Positions 8,993 to 18,853 of a stretch of DNA of 64,000 nucleotides are shown here, piece after piece. This DNA comes from Gemmatimonadales bacterium. GTDB lineage: Bacteria; Gemmatimonadota; Gemmatimonadetes; Gemmatimonadales; GWC2-71-9. Below the pieces are notes generated by a model. The model did no database searches, was not told where the DNA came from, and saw nothing but the letters and a program-made list of their open reading frames with translations. Within the stretch, counting starts at the first letter, position 1. Each line of letters begins with the position of its first letter. Location of the stretch: the NCBI GenBank assembly GCA_050733075.1, contig JBOHSD010000013.1:4443-68442 (forward strand), read 5' to 3'. A program made the position numbers and the translations under genes.

Positions 8993-9666
8993 TGACCATC
9001 CGCCCAGCCTCGGTGCTCCACGTACTGGTCGCCGGGTCGGCCCTGCTCTCCTGCGCCGATATAGCCTCACCTACCCGGAGCGAAGCATACGAGTGGCGCC
9101 TTCTGATGCCCACCGGGACCGGCGATGGGGTGGATACCCTGAGCTTCCACTGGCCCCGCTCCCGGCTCCCGGTCAGGATCTGGGTGGAGGACTCGCTGAG
9201 CCTGCCGTCACACGTGCGGCAGGGGATCGAGCAGTGGGAGGCGGCCTTTCTTTACCGCGAGTTCTCGGCGGTGCTCGTGTCCGACTCCAACGCGGCCGAC
9301 GTGATGGTGCAGTCCGGTATAGCGCCCAAGGCCGGGTTCTCGATTACCCGGCTGGGAGGCTTCCTGGCACCTGAATGTGAGGGCGCCACCGATATCGAGT
9401 TGCCCCCCGGCAGCCGGCAGATCCAGCCTCCGCTGCGAGTGTACGTCGAGCCGAGATTCGACCCGTCCACCCCGGGGGTGGACGAGTGCATGGCTCTGAC
9501 CACCGCCCACGAGCTGGGACACGCGCTCGGCATTTTCGCTCACTCCCCCAATACCGCGGACCTCATGTATGCCGACCCGACCGCATCCGCGCTCACCACC
9601 CGGGACCGCGCCACGGCGGAGGTAGCATACCACACGGAGCCCACGCTTACCGTCGGCTCCCGCTGA
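8992..9666 (+). CDS. Matrixin-like zinc metalloprotease lipoprotein
   Basis: 3' part of track ORF 8257..9666. ATG at 8992 overlaps the upstream stop (TGATG). Lipobox LLSC. Zinc motif HELGHALGIFAH. Confidence 0.65.
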   Translation: MTIRPASVLHVLVAGSALLSCADIASPTRSEAYEWRLLMPTGTGDGVDTLSFHWPRSRLPVRIWVEDSLSLPSHVRQGIEQWEAAFLYREFSAVLVSDSNAADVMVQSGIAPKAGFSITRLGGFLAPECEGATDIELPPGSRQIQPPLRVYVEPRFDPSTPGVDECMALTTAHELGHALGIFAHSPNTADLMYADPTASALTTRDRATAEVAYHTEPTLTVGSR

Positions 9667-9783
9667 GGTTGCATGGCGCGCTCCTGCTGTTGATCTTTCC
9701 CCGCGTAAGCAAGGACAATTCGGGGCCTGCGTCCCGGCTCGAGCCAGGTCGTCTGCCGCGCGTCGAACGCGCATTGGAAGCGT

Positions 9784-11382
9784 ATGACTGCCGAAACAAC
9801 TGCGGCCCGACGTGAGAATCTCACCCTGGTCGAGCACGGCCTCTTTCCCATCCGGATCCACGCCAACCTGACTCCTCCAACCCTGATCGAGCACGCGGTT
9901 CGCCGGAGCGAGGGCGTCTTGACCGATCGCGGGGCGTTCACGGCAGTGACGGCTCCGCATACCGGCCGCTCGGCCAAGGACAAGTTTCTGGTCGAGGAGC
10001 CGGGTGCCCGCGACCGGATCTGGTGGGGCAAGAACGCGCGTCTCGAGCCCGAGGCCTTCGACCGGCTCCAGGAAGAGGTGCGTGCCTACCTGGACGCGCG
10101 CGAGGTCTACGTCCAGGACCTCTTCGCCGGCGCCGATCCCGCATACCGCCTGCCGGTCAGGTTCATCACGCCGAACGCGTGGCACGCCCTCTTCGTGCGG
10201 AACATGTTCATCCGGGCTCTGCCGGCCGAGCTGGCCCAGTTTCGGCCGGGTTTCACCGTGCTGCACGCCCCCGATTTTCAGGCCGATCCGGCACGGCACG
10301 GCACCCGTACCGGGACCTTCATCGTGATCAACCTGGGTAAGAGGTTGGTCCTCATCGGCGGCACCCGATACGCCGGCGAGATGAAGAAGTCGATCTTCAC
10401 CGTTCTCAATTATCTGCTTCCCGGCCGGGGCGTCATGCCGATGCACTGCTCGGCCAACGTTGGACCGGCCGGCGATACCGCGATCTTTTTCGGCTTGTCC
10501 GGCACCGGCAAGACCACCCTTTCCGCCGATCCGGACCGGCACCTTATCGGCGACGACGAGCACGGTTGGAGCGACCGTGGAGTCTTCAATTTCGAGGGCG
10601 GCTGTTACGCCAAGGTGATTCGGCTCCGCCCCGATACCGAGCCGGAGATCTTCCAGGCCACCCAGAGGTTCGGCACCGTGCTGGAGAACGTCGTGCTCGA
10701 TCCCGCCACCCGGACGGTGGACTTCGACGGCGACAGCATCACCGAGAATACCCGGGCCTGCTACCCGATCGACTTCATCCCCAATCACCTGCCCAGCGGA
10801 GCGGGCGGGCATCCGAAGAGCATCGTATTCCTCGCGGCGGACGCGTTCGGGGTAATGCCGCCGATCGCACGGCTGACGGCGGAGCAGGCGATGTATCACT
10901 TCCTCTCGGGCTACACTGCCAAGGTGGCCGGCACCGAGCGCGGCGTCACCGAGCCCTCGGCAACCTTTTCGGCCTGCTTCGGGGCCCCATTCCTGCCGCT
11001 CCCCGCCGGGGTCTATGCCCAGATGCTGGGCGAGCGCATCGCCAAGCATGGGGCCGCCGTGTGGCTGGTCAACACCGGCTGGACCGGCGGCGCGTACGGC
11101 ACCGGCTCCCGCATGAAGCTGGCCTACACCCGCGCCATGCTGCGGGCGGCCTTATCGGGGGCGCTGGACCAGGGCAGGTTCACCCAGGATCCGGTGTTCG
11201 GGTTCAAGGTACCGGTATCGGTGCCGGAGGTTCCCGATAGAGTACTCTCGCCGCGCGGCACCTGGGCCGACGCAAACGCGTACGACACGCAAGCCGGAAG
11301 ACTGGCCACGATGTTCCGGGAAAACTTCGAGCAGTACCGAGCTTCGGTACCGCCATCGGTGGCGGGAGCGGGACCCTTGTGA
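9784..11382 (+). CDS. pckA: Phosphoenolpyruvate carboxykinase (ATP)
   Basis: Track ORF. Kinase-1a [20 protein letters not shown] and NTGWTGG motifs. Length fits the family. Confidence 0.95.
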   Translation: MTAETTAARRENLTLVEHGLFPIRIHANLTPPTLIEHAVRRSEGVLTDRGAFTAVTAPHTGRSAKDKFLVEEPGARDRIWWGKNARLEPEAFDRLQEEVRAYLDAREVYVQDLFAGADPAYRLPVRFITPNAWHALFVRNMFIRALPAELAQFRPGFTVLHAPDFQADPARHGTRTGTFIVINLGKRLVLIGGTRYAGEMKKSIFTVLNYLLPGRGVMPMHCSANVGPAGDTAIFFGLSGTGKTTLSADPDRHLIGDDEHGWSDRGVFNFEGGCYAKVIRLRPDTEPEIFQATQRFGTVLENVVLDPATRTVDFDGDSITENTRACYPIDFIPNHLPSGAGGHPKSIVFLAADAFGVMPPIARLTAEQAMYHFLSGYTAKVAGTERGVTEPSATFSACFGAPFLPLPAGVYAQMLGERIAKHGAAVWLVNTGWTGGAYGTGSRMKLAYTRAMLRAALSGALDQGRFTQDPVFGFKVPVSVPEVPDRVLSPRGTWADANAYDTQAGRLATMFRENFEQYRASVPPSVAGAGPL

Positions 11383-12692
11383 GTGGGGCAGTGGGGCGGC
11401 CCCACTGCCCACAGGAAGTGATCCGCGATCCCCTTTGGGACAACATTCGCCTGGACCATCCTGCGCTCGTCGCCCTCGATACCCCCACCGTTCAGCGCCT
11501 CCGCTACATCCGTCAGGTTGGCCACAGCTTCCTGGTCTATCCCGGCGCCACTCACAGCCGTTTCGAGCACGCGCTGGGTGCCTACCATCTGACCCGGCGG
11601 GCATTGGCGGCGCTCGAGGAGCTCGGCGACCTGGGCCCGGCCAGCGAGACCGATTGTATGGCGGTTCGAATGGCGGCCCTGCTCCACGACATCGGACACT
11701 ATCCCTTCTCTCATGCGCTGGAGGAAGCCGGGTTCCCCTCGCATGAGGCGCTCGGGATGGCCAAGCTGTACGAGGGGGAGCTGGGTGAGCGACTGGTCGA
11801 GATCGGGGGGAGAGACTTCCCTGCCAGCGTGGGCGCACTCATCACCGGCGCGAGCCGGAGCCCGCTCCAGGGACTCATCTCGGGCTCGATCGATCTCGAC
11901 AAGGTAGACTACCTGAGCCGCGACGCCAGAATGTGCGGCGTCCCTTACGGGACGGTTGACGTGGACCGCCTGCTCTCGTCCCTTACGCTGGTGGAGGTGG
12001 AGCCCGGCCGGTACGAGGTGGGGGTGCAGGAGAAGGGAATCAGCGCGCTGGAGTCGCTCCTCTTCTCCAAGTACCAGATGTATCGCAACGTGTACTGGCA
12101 CCACGCGGTGCGTTCCGCCACCTGCATGTTCAAGCGCGCCGTGCGCCAGGCGGTGCGCCGCGGCAGCGTCACCATGCAAGTCATCGCAGAAGCCACTGAC
12201 GACGGATTGATGGAGCTTCTGATCGGAAAGGATCGCAACCAGCTGGCTATGTCTATCCGCGCGCGGCGCCTCCACAAGCGGGCCCTGGACCTGCCGGCGA
12301 GCGATGTGCCAGCCGACCTTCAGCCCTGGGTGTCGGAGGACCCGGATCTGCTGGAGATGGTTGAGGACGCGCTGGCCGAGCCGGCCGGCTTGCCGCCGGG
12401 CGGCCTGCTGCTGGACTTCCCTGCCCGCTCCGCCATGCTGGGGGTCAATCTGCCGCTCAGGACCCGCGCCGGCTCCATCGAGCGGCTGACCGATGAGGGG
12501 CGCGCCGGGCATCTCGGGCTGCCCCGAGTTGCCGGCGAACTGTACCGGAGCGCCCGCCGGCTTCGTATCTTCGTATCCAGCCGGCCGGACCGGCCGTTGG
12601 AGCCGGTGCTCACGCTGTTGACCTGGCCCGCGGATGAGGTGCGGCGGCGAATCCGCGAAGGGGCCAATCTTTTTGATCGAGAAATGAAATGA
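11379..12692 (+). CDS. HD-domain phosphohydrolase (COG1078/SAMHD1-like family)
   Basis: Track [26 protein letters not shown] and [11 protein letters not shown] motifs. GTGA overlap with pckA. Confidence 0.8.
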   Translation: MSGAVGRPHCPQEVIRDPLWDNIRLDHPALVALDTPTVQRLRYIRQVGHSFLVYPGATHSRFEHALGAYHLTRRALAALEELGDLGPASETDCMAVRMAALLHDIGHYPFSHALEEAGFPSHEALGMAKLYEGELGERLVEIGGRDFPASVGALITGASRSPLQGLISGSIDLDKVDYLSRDARMCGVPYGTVDVDRLLSSLTLVEVEPGRYEVGVQEKGISALESLLFSKYQMYRNVYWHHAVRSATCMFKRAVRQAVRRGSVTMQVIAEATDDGLMELLIGKDRNQLAMSIRARRLHKRALDLPASDVPADLQPWVSEDPDLLEMVEDALAEPAGLPPGGLLLDFPARSAMLGVNLPLRTRAGSIERLTDEGRAGHLGLPRVAGELYRSARRLRIFVSSRPDRPLEPVLTLLTWPADEVRRRIREGANLFDREMK

Positions 12693-13165
12693 TTCAGCGA
12701 CGCGCGTTCGTGGCCCGCATTGCCGGGCTCGTTGCGGTTGGTGTCACCAGCCAGCGACTTTGGGCCCAGGTGACGGGACTACTGGATAAGCCCACGCCCA
12801 TCACGGTCTACAAGAGCAGCTCCTGTGAGTGCTGCGCCAAATGGGTCGACCATATCCGTGCCAGCGGATTCGCTCCGGAAGTGCACGATGAAGAGGGAAT
12901 GGACGGGCTCAAGGATAGGCTCGGGGTTCCCGAGAACGTGCGCTCGTGCCACACCGGCCAAGTCGACGGCTACCTGGTAGAGGGGCACGTGCCCGCCTCT
13001 GATATCCGGCGCCTGCTGGACGAACGGCCCAAGTCGTCAGGCCTGGCCGTGCCGGGGATGCCACCTCGTACCTACGGCATGGCGCCCCCAGGCGTCGCGG
13101 TTGGCGGGTACGAGGTGGTCTCGTTCCAGCGCAACGGCAAGACCGCGGTCTTCGCCCGGCACTAA
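12689..13165 (+). CDS. DUF411-type metal-binding periplasmic protein (Tat signal)
   Basis: Track ORF. Twin-arginine N-terminus [22 protein letters not shown] and SCHTG..VEGHVP motifs. Confidence 0.7.
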   Translation: MIQRRAFVARIAGLVAVGVTSQRLWAQVTGLLDKPTPITVYKSSSCECCAKWVDHIRASGFAPEVHDEEGMDGLKDRLGVPENVRSCHTGQVDGYLVEGHVPASDIRRLLDERPKSSGLAVPGMPPRTYGMAPPGVAVGGYEVVSFQRNGKTAVFARH

Positions 13166-13222
13166 CTGGACGGGGTCAGGCTGGGGCACCGCCCGGCGGG
13201 GGTTCTGAAACCGCTCACACCG

Positions 13223-13573
13223 CTACTGTGGCGGGATGGTCAGGGTTACCTGATCGCCGGGCTGAACGGTCATCTCTTCGCTCACCGGCATCCGGTTGCC
13301 TCCCACCGGGTCCGCCAGAAACCGCAGCGGACCCGCTCCTCCCACCAGAAACGCCGGAATAGTGAACCTCTTGGTCGAGTGGCCCGTCGCCAGTCCCAGC
13401 CGGATCCTCTGCGAGCCCCTGACAGCGTAGATTACCATGTCGGCAAAGCCCCGGTTTTCGACCTCCACCGTCGCGGCTTCCGATGGCTGGGGGCCCGTGT
13501 CCGCCGGCCGGCCGCCGCAGGCGGCCAGGATCACCAGCGTTACAACCCACGAAGCTCGAATGAATGGGCCCAT
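13223..13573 (-). CDS. Hypothetical lipoprotein
   Basis: Track ORF 13223..13609. The internal ATG at 13573 gives MGPFIRASWVVTLVILAAC, a lipobox-type signal peptide. Confidence 0.5.
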   Translation of the reverse strand: MGPFIRASWVVTLVILAACGGRPADTGPQPSEAATVEVENRGFADMVIYAVRGSQRIRLGLATGHSTKRFTIPAFLVGGAGPLRFLADPVGGNRMPVSEEMTVQPGDQVTLTIPPQ

Positions 13574-14093
13574 GAATACCGCCAGTAAGATTGTGGACCC
13601 CCCCAGCATCGTGCCTTACCGGGAGGAGTTCCGTTCCGCGTTCGAGCGGTTGAACCGCGAATGGATCGAGACCTATTTCGAGCTCGAGGATGCCGATCGT
13701 GAAGTTCTGGGCAATCCGCAGCGAGCCATCCGGGAGCGCGGTGGCGAGGTCTTCTTCGTGCTCGAAGGAGGCCAGGTGCTCGGTACCTGCGCTGTGCTCC
13801 GCCACCATGCGGACGAGTACGAGATAGCCAAGATGGCGGTATCTCCCAGCGCCAGAGGCCGCGGTTTGGGTGACCTCCTGATGGAAGCGTCGGTCGCTTA
13901 TGCCGTCAGGAGCGGGGCTCGGCGGCTGGTGATCGTCTCGAATACCGTGCTGGAGCCAGCCATCCGGCTCTATCTGAAGCACGGCTTCGTCCAGGTGCCT
14001 CTGGCCGCCGACGGTCGCTACCGCCGAGCGAATATCAGACTGGAACGGGAGCTTCCTAGACCCGGCGCCTCGTTCCCCGCAGCAGGCGGATGA
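13560..14093 (+). CDS. GNAT-family N-acetyltransferase
   Basis: 3' part of track ORF 13437..14093, with an ATG at 13560. Acetyl-CoA motif region IAKMAVSPSARGRGLGDLLM. Confidence 0.7.
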   Translation: MNGPMNTASKIVDPPSIVPYREEFRSAFERLNREWIETYFELEDADREVLGNPQRAIRERGGEVFFVLEGGQVLGTCAVLRHHADEYEIAKMAVSPSARGRGLGDLLMEASVAYAVRSGARRLVIVSNTVLEPAIRLYLKHGFVQVPLAADGRYRRANIRLERELPRPGASFPAAGG

Positions 14094-14316
14094 TCAGCAG
14101 CAGCACGACGGCTCCCACAAAGGCCACGAAGATGGCTCCCGCTATCCCGGGGAACGGCGTTCCCCATCCCATCTCGCTGAAGAGCCAACCGCCGACCAGC
14201 GCGCCCAGTATGCCGACAATGATATCGCCCAGAATGCCGAAGCCGATGCCACCCATGACCAGAGACGCCAACAGACCGGCTACCAGCCCGACGATAATCC
14301 AGGTCAGAACATCCAC
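14056..14316 (-). CDS. GlsB/YeaQ/YmgE-family (transglycosylase-associated) small membrane protein
   Basis: Track ORF. Gly-rich TM pattern WIIVGLVAGLLASLVMGG...GDIIVGILGALVGGWLF. Confidence 0.8.
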   Translation of the reverse strand: MDVLTWIIVGLVAGLLASLVMGGIGFGILGDIIVGILGALVGGWLFSEMGWGTPFPGIAGAIFVAFVGAVVLLLIIRLLRGTRRRV

Positions 14317-14444
14317 ACGTCCTCCTTTAGTGCAGGTTCACACACTGCCGGAACACCCGCTGAGCGAGACTAGCTCGAAGGCGCCGGGGAGGATGTGCGG
14401 GATATCACCGGTGTCCTTCGCGAGCCAACCGGGAGGAGCCTGAC

Positions 14445-14882
14445 GTGCTCAAGGAAGCGCCCGACCACCACGACGCCGACCTGGTGTTAAAGCTGTACGA
14501 TCTCCGCCGCGAGGCGGTCATGCGCGAGTCGCGCAACGCCATCGATTCCGGGTTCTGGCCCCGGAATGCCGATGAAGCCGTGGCCGTTATCGCGACCGAC
14601 CACCCGCTCAAAGCAGCCTTCGGTCGAGCCTCGGCCTACTGGGAGATGGTGTATGGAATGGCCCGGCATGGGATCATTCATCCCGATTTTCTGGTGGAGA
14701 ACAACGAAGAGGGGCTTTTCCTTTACGCTCGGGTCGAGCCTTACCTGGACGCGATCCGCCGCGCCGGCTGGCCGCGGGCTTTTCGCAACGCCGAGTGGGT
14801 CGTGGCCAACTGTGAGACGGGGAAGATGCTGATGGAGGGATATCGGGCCCGGGTCAAACGGGTCCTCGAGTCACGCCGGTAA
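14445..14882 (+). CDS. Hypothetical protein
   Basis: Track ORF. GTG start preceded by GGGAGGAG. Normal-looking composition. No motif recognised. Confidence 0.5.
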   Translation: MLKEAPDHHDADLVLKLYDLRREAVMRESRNAIDSGFWPRNADEAVAVIATDHPLKAAFGRASAYWEMVYGMARHGIIHPDFLVENNEEGLFLYARVEPYLDAIRRAGWPRAFRNAEWVVANCETGKMLMEGYRARVKRVLESRR

Positions 14883-14883
14883 T

Positions 14884-15669
14884 CTAGGAGCGCTGGCTGG
14901 CTGCGGCCGGCACGACCGGATATTCGCCGGTATCACTGTCCACCGAGTCGATGCGGATGACGATGGCAGTGATGTTGTCGAGCCCGCCCCTTCGGTTGGC
15001 TTCCGCCACCATCCGATCCACCCACATCTGCGGCCCGCCCTCGGATTCGAGAATGCCGACCAGATGCTCGTCTTCCAGCATTCCGGTCAAGCCGTCCGAA
15101 GCCAGCAGCAGCACGTCACCTTTTTCCAGCGAGCCGAAGTAGATATCCGGCGCGACGTCTATGCCCGCACCAACGCAGCGGGTGATCACGTTGCTGTAGG
15201 GATGTACCCGGGCCTGGTCGGGCGTGAGCAGCCCGGCATCGACCTGTTCCTGGACGTAGGAGTGGTCCTTAGTGAGCTGCATGAGCTGACCCTCCCGCAG
15301 TAGATACGCCCGGCTGTCTCCCACCTGGCCGATGAGATAGCGCTGGGGCATCAGCACCAGCACAGTGGCTGTAGTGCCCATCCCCCGCTTGTCGTGCTCC
15401 GAGAGAGTCCGCTCGAAAATGGCGTCATTGGCGGCCCGGATGGCGCTCCGGACCCGTTCGCCGGCTTCCTCGTCGCCGACTCCCCGCAAGGATCCGATGG
15501 ACTGGGACGTTATTCGGACCGCCATCTCGCTCGCGACCTCCCCTGCCGCATGGCCACCCATCCCATCGGCCACGATGAAGATGCCGTGCTCCGCGAGCAT
15601 GAGGTAATTGTCTTCATTGCCCGAACGGACCACGCCGACATCGGTGCGAGCGGCACAGGTGAAGTTCAC
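14884..15669 (-). CDS. PP2C-family Ser/Thr phosphatase
   Basis: Track ORF. RTDVGVVRSGNEDN, VADGMGGHAAGEVAS, LLLASDGL and DNITAIV motifs. Confidence 0.9.
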   Translation of the reverse strand: MNFTCAARTDVGVVRSGNEDNYLMLAEHGIFIVADGMGGHAAGEVASEMAVRITSQSIGSLRGVGDEEAGERVRSAIRAANDAIFERTLSEHDKRGMGTTATVLVLMPQRYLIGQVGDSRAYLLREGQLMQLTKDHSYVQEQVDAGLLTPDQARVHPYSNVITRCVGAGIDVAPDIYFGSLEKGDVLLLASDGLTGMLEDEHLVGILESEGGPQMWVDRMVAEANRRGGLDNITAIVIRIDSVDSDTGEYPVVPAAASQRS

Positions 15670-15678
15670 GAGACCCCG

Positions 15679-16986
15679 TCAGCTCAACAGCAGGTAAGCC
15701 AGCACCACTAGGAGCACCAGCAGGCCCATGACCACCAACGGGGGAGGGCCGGAGGGACGCGGAGGTGGCATGCGGAGCGGCCGGCGCGGCCGGGGCCGTT
15801 CCGCCCGGGCCTCCGGCGCCGCTTTCTCCGCCGGCACGTCCACCCGATCCATGAGGCGGGTATGGTGAGTACGAGCCGCGGGAACGTCATCGTCCAGCGG
15901 CTCGAATAAAGCCGTCACATCACCGAACCGGAGCGTCGTGCCCGGCCCGAGGGGCGCCTCGCCAGTGAGTCGCTCCCCTTCGACGAAGGTACCGTTGGTG
16001 GAGCCGAGATCGGTGAGGATCCAGATTGCCTCCCGGCGCTGCAGCTTGGCGTGCATGGTACTCACGCTGGGGTCGGCGATGACCACGTCGTTGTAATCTC
16101 CCCTTCCCACGTTGACGACCGGCACCCTGAGAGGAACCCGCCTTCCCTTGAGGTCACCACTTCGAAACAGCAGAGAGGCGAGGGGCGGAGGTTCGGGCGA
16201 TACCGGCGTGACGCGCTGCTCTGACTCCGATCCCGGAATCCCATGCATGGTGTCCGAGAGTCGCTGGGATGCTCCGGGCGGCGGCTGAGCCGGCGGAGCG
16301 GCCGGCCGGGGCTCGGGCGGTGATTCCGGTGGCGGCTGCGCCATGTCGGCGTAGAAACGGAACTCATCGTTGCCGATGCGAATCACGTCGGCACGCGACA
16401 GCAGGTGGGTTTTGCCCATGCGCTGGCCGTTGATGTAAGTCCCATTCACACTGAGATCGACCAGCATGTACCCGGCCGGATCCGAGCGGATCTCGGCGTG
16501 GTTGCGGGACACCTCACCGCCGCCGACCACTACGTCGGATCCGGCATCCCTCCCGAAGGTCAGGGGCTCGCTCCCCACGGTGTACTCCCGGCCATCCGTA
16601 AGACAGACCAGCCGGCCTCCAGTCTTGGTACCGCTTCCCCTGGTGGTGGCCGACGGGGCGAGATCCGCAAACGCACCGGAATCGAACAGCTGGGTGCTGC
16701 CTGCCCGGGTGGTATCGACCACGAGAAGCTCGTGGCCTCCGATCTCTATTTTGTCGCCGTGCAGCAGAGGGGTGGGCTCGGCCCCCAGACGCACTCCGTT
16801 GACTCTGACCTCGGCCTCGCTTTCAGCGGCCCGGATTGCGGCTCCGCTGGGCATTGATTGGACCACGGCGTGCCGGGGCCGCACGCCCTCGCCACTTAGC
16901 GCCAGTGCGCTGTCCGAGGCCGAGCCTATGACTGTCTCACCGGCGCCGATGGGGTATCTCTCGCCGCCGATTTCGAGTTGGATCAT
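15679..16986 (-). CDS. Multi-FHA-domain protein with Pro-rich linker and C-terminal TM anchor
   Basis: Track ORF 15679..17049, whose TTG start is doubtful; I prefer the ATG at 16986. Three FHA-like units (GR..D..V......VSR.HA...; NGT..NG). C-terminal LVVMGLLVLLVVLAYLLL. Confidence 0.8.
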   Translation of the reverse strand: MIQLEIGGERYPIGAGETVIGSASDSALALSGEGVRPRHAVVQSMPSGAAIRAAESEAEVRVNGVRLGAEPTPLLHGDKIEIGGHELLVVDTTRAGSTQLFDSGAFADLAPSATTRGSGTKTGGRLVCLTDGREYTVGSEPLTFGRDAGSDVVVGGGEVSRNHAEIRSDPAGYMLVDLSVNGTYINGQRMGKTHLLSRADVIRIGNDEFRFYADMAQPPPESPPEPRPAAPPAQPPPGASQRLSDTMHGIPGSESEQRVTPVSPEPPPLASLLFRSGDLKGRRVPLRVPVVNVGRGDYNDVVIADPSVSTMHAKLQRREAIWILTDLGSTNGTFVEGERLTGEAPLGPGTTLRFGDVTALFEPLDDDVPAARTHHTRLMDRVDVPAEKAAPEARAERPRPRRPLRMPPPRPSGPPPLVVMGLLVLLVVLAYLLLS

Positions 16987-17071
16987 CGATTGATCTCGTG
17001 GGTAATGTCGAGTGCGGAGAAACGTACCGCCCGAGCTGTAAGCAGGCAAGCCAATAGAGGTTAGGTGCTCC

Positions 17072-18853
17072 CTACGCGATCTTTCGCTCCTCCTGACCCC
17101 TCAACTGCAGCTGGTACAGCCGCTGGTACACTCCTCCCAGAGCCAGGAGCTCGCGATGGCTGCCACGTTCCCGGATCTCCCCGTGCTGGAGCACCAGGAT
17201 CTCGTGGGCATGGAGGATAGTGCTCAAGCGGTGGGCCACTACCAGGCTGGTACGGCCCGCCATGAGCTCGGCGATGGCTCGCTGGATCTGCCCCTCGGCC
17301 TGGGCATCCACCGAGCTGGTGGCCTCGTCGAGCACCAGAATCGTGGGGTCGAGGGCCAGAGCGCGCGCGAAGCTCAAGAGCTGTCGCTCCCCGACGCTCA
17401 GGCTCCGACCCCGCTCACCCAGCCGGTGGTCGTACCCATCCGGCAGGCGCTCGATGAAGCGGTCCGCCCCCACCCGGCGGGCGGCCTGCCTGGCCGCTTC
17501 CGGCTCGATCGGCGCGTCCAGAGTGAGGTTGTGCTGGATGTCACCCGCAAAGAGGAAGAGGTCCTGCTGCACGAACCCGATCTGCGACCGAAGGTCGGAG
17601 GTCGAAAGCTCCCTGAGGTCCACGCCGTCCAACAGAATCCGACCCTGGTCCGGGTCATAGAAGCGCAGCAGGAGATTGACGATGGTGCTCTTGCCTGCCC
17701 CGGTGTGGCCGACCAGCGCAACCGTCTGCCCCGGCGATGCAGTGAAGGAGACGTCCCGGAGAACCCAGGGGCCATCGGCGCTGTAACGAAACCACACCTC
17801 CTCGAACCGGACCTCTCCCCGCACCGGCCGGGGCAACGGGGCCGGCCGGGCCGGCTCGAGCACGGTCACCGGCTGATCCAACAGGCTGAACACCCGCTCG
17901 GAGGAGGCCATGGCACTCTGGAGCAGATTGAACTTCTCCGACAGATCCTGAAGCGGCTGAAAGAAGCGGCGGGTGAGCTGAATGAAGGCCGCCAACACAC
18001 CTACCGTGAGAGTGCCGCCCAGCGCCCGGAGCCCGCCGTAGTAGAGCAGCAGGGCCATGGCCACCGCCGTGAGGATCTCGACCACGGGGAAGAACACCGC
18101 GTAGATCGTGATCGAGCGGCGATGCGCCTCGAGGTGATCGCGGTTGAGCGCCGCGAACCGCGCCGCCGAATCGGCCTCGCGCCCGAATAGCTGCACGACC
18201 CGCATGCCGGAGAGCCGCTCCTGGAGATAGGCGTTCAGGCGGGCCAGCCGCACCCGGATATCGCGGAACGCCTCCCGCACCCGCCGGCGGAAGATGCGGG
18301 CAGTGAGCCAGACCAGCGGGATCACCGAGAAGGTGACCAGGGCCAGGCGCCAGTCGATCCAGAGCATCATGGTCATGATGGCCACGAGGGTAAACACATC
18401 GCCAAATACCGTGACCACGCCCGACGAGAACAGCTCGTTCAAGGTCTCGACATCCGAGGTGACTCGCGTCATCAATCGCCCCACCGGGTTGCGATCGAAG
18501 TAGCTGACGCTCAGCCGCTGGAGATGGCCGAAGATCTGCATCCGCAGATCGTACATCACCAGCTGTCCGATGTAGGTGGTCAACAGCGTCTGGCCGTACT
18601 CGACCACGAAATCGAGGAGGAGGGCGGCCAGGAAGAGGGCGGCGAGGGTGCCGAGCAGGCCCATGTCCCGGTTCGGAATCGCCACATCGAGCGCCCGCTG
18701 GGTGAGCGCCGGCCCCACCAGGGCCAGGCAGGCGCCGGCCAGCAGCAGCAGGACGGCCAGTGCCGTGAAGCCCCGGTAGGGCCGGAGATACACCAGCAGC
18801 CGGCGAAGCAGGCGGCTATCGTACTCCCGGGACAGAACCTCGTCCTGGTCCAT
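17072..18853 (-). CDS. ABC exporter, fused TMD-NBD (MsbA/multidrug type)
   Basis: Track ORF. Six-TM N-terminal half. Walker A GHTGAGKST, signature LSVGERQLLSFARAL, Walker B ILVLDEATS. Confidence 0.9.
   Translation of the reverse strand: MDQDEVLSREYDSRLLRRLLVYLRPYRGFTALAVLLLLAGACLALVGPALTQRALDVAIPNRDMGLLGTLAALFLAALLLDFVVEYGQTLLTTYIGQLVMYDLRMQIFGHLQRLSVSYFDRNPVGRLMTRVTSDVETLNELFSSGVVTVFGDVFTLVAIMTMMLWIDWRLALVTFSVIPLVWLTARIFRRRVREAFRDIRVRLARLNAYLQERLSGMRVVQLFGREADSAARFAALNRDHLEAHRRSITIYAVFFPVVEILTAVAMALLLYYGGLRALGGTLTVGVLAAFIQLTRRFFQPLQDLSEKFNLLQSAMASSERVFSLLDQPVTVLEPARPAPLPRPVRGEVRFEEVWFRYSADGPWVLRDVSFTASPGQTVALVGHTGAGKSTIVNLLLRFYDPDQGRILLDGVDLRELSTSDLRSQIGFVQQDLFLFAGDIQHNLTLDAPIEPEAARQAARRVGADRFIERLPDGYDHRLGERGRSLSVGERQLLSFARALALDPTILVLDEATSSVDAQAEGQIQRAIAELMAGRTSLVVAHRLSTILHAHEILVLQHGEIRERGSHRELLALGGVYQRLYQLQLRGQEERKIA

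Noticed and set aside
11379-12692. HD-domain protein as a dNTP-depleting (dGTPase/SAMHD1-like) anti-phage defence gene
   Set aside because: It is overlapped by 4 nt with pckA, sits in a purely housekeeping context with native composition, and matches the ubiquitous COG1078-type family. Nothing suggests a defence island.
17050-17056. Single GCCAATA unit in the ABC/FHA intergenic region as a fourth heptamer locus
   Set aside because: One 7-mer can occur by chance. Only the tandem arrays, and weakly the two-unit vestige at 25083-25096, are meaningful.
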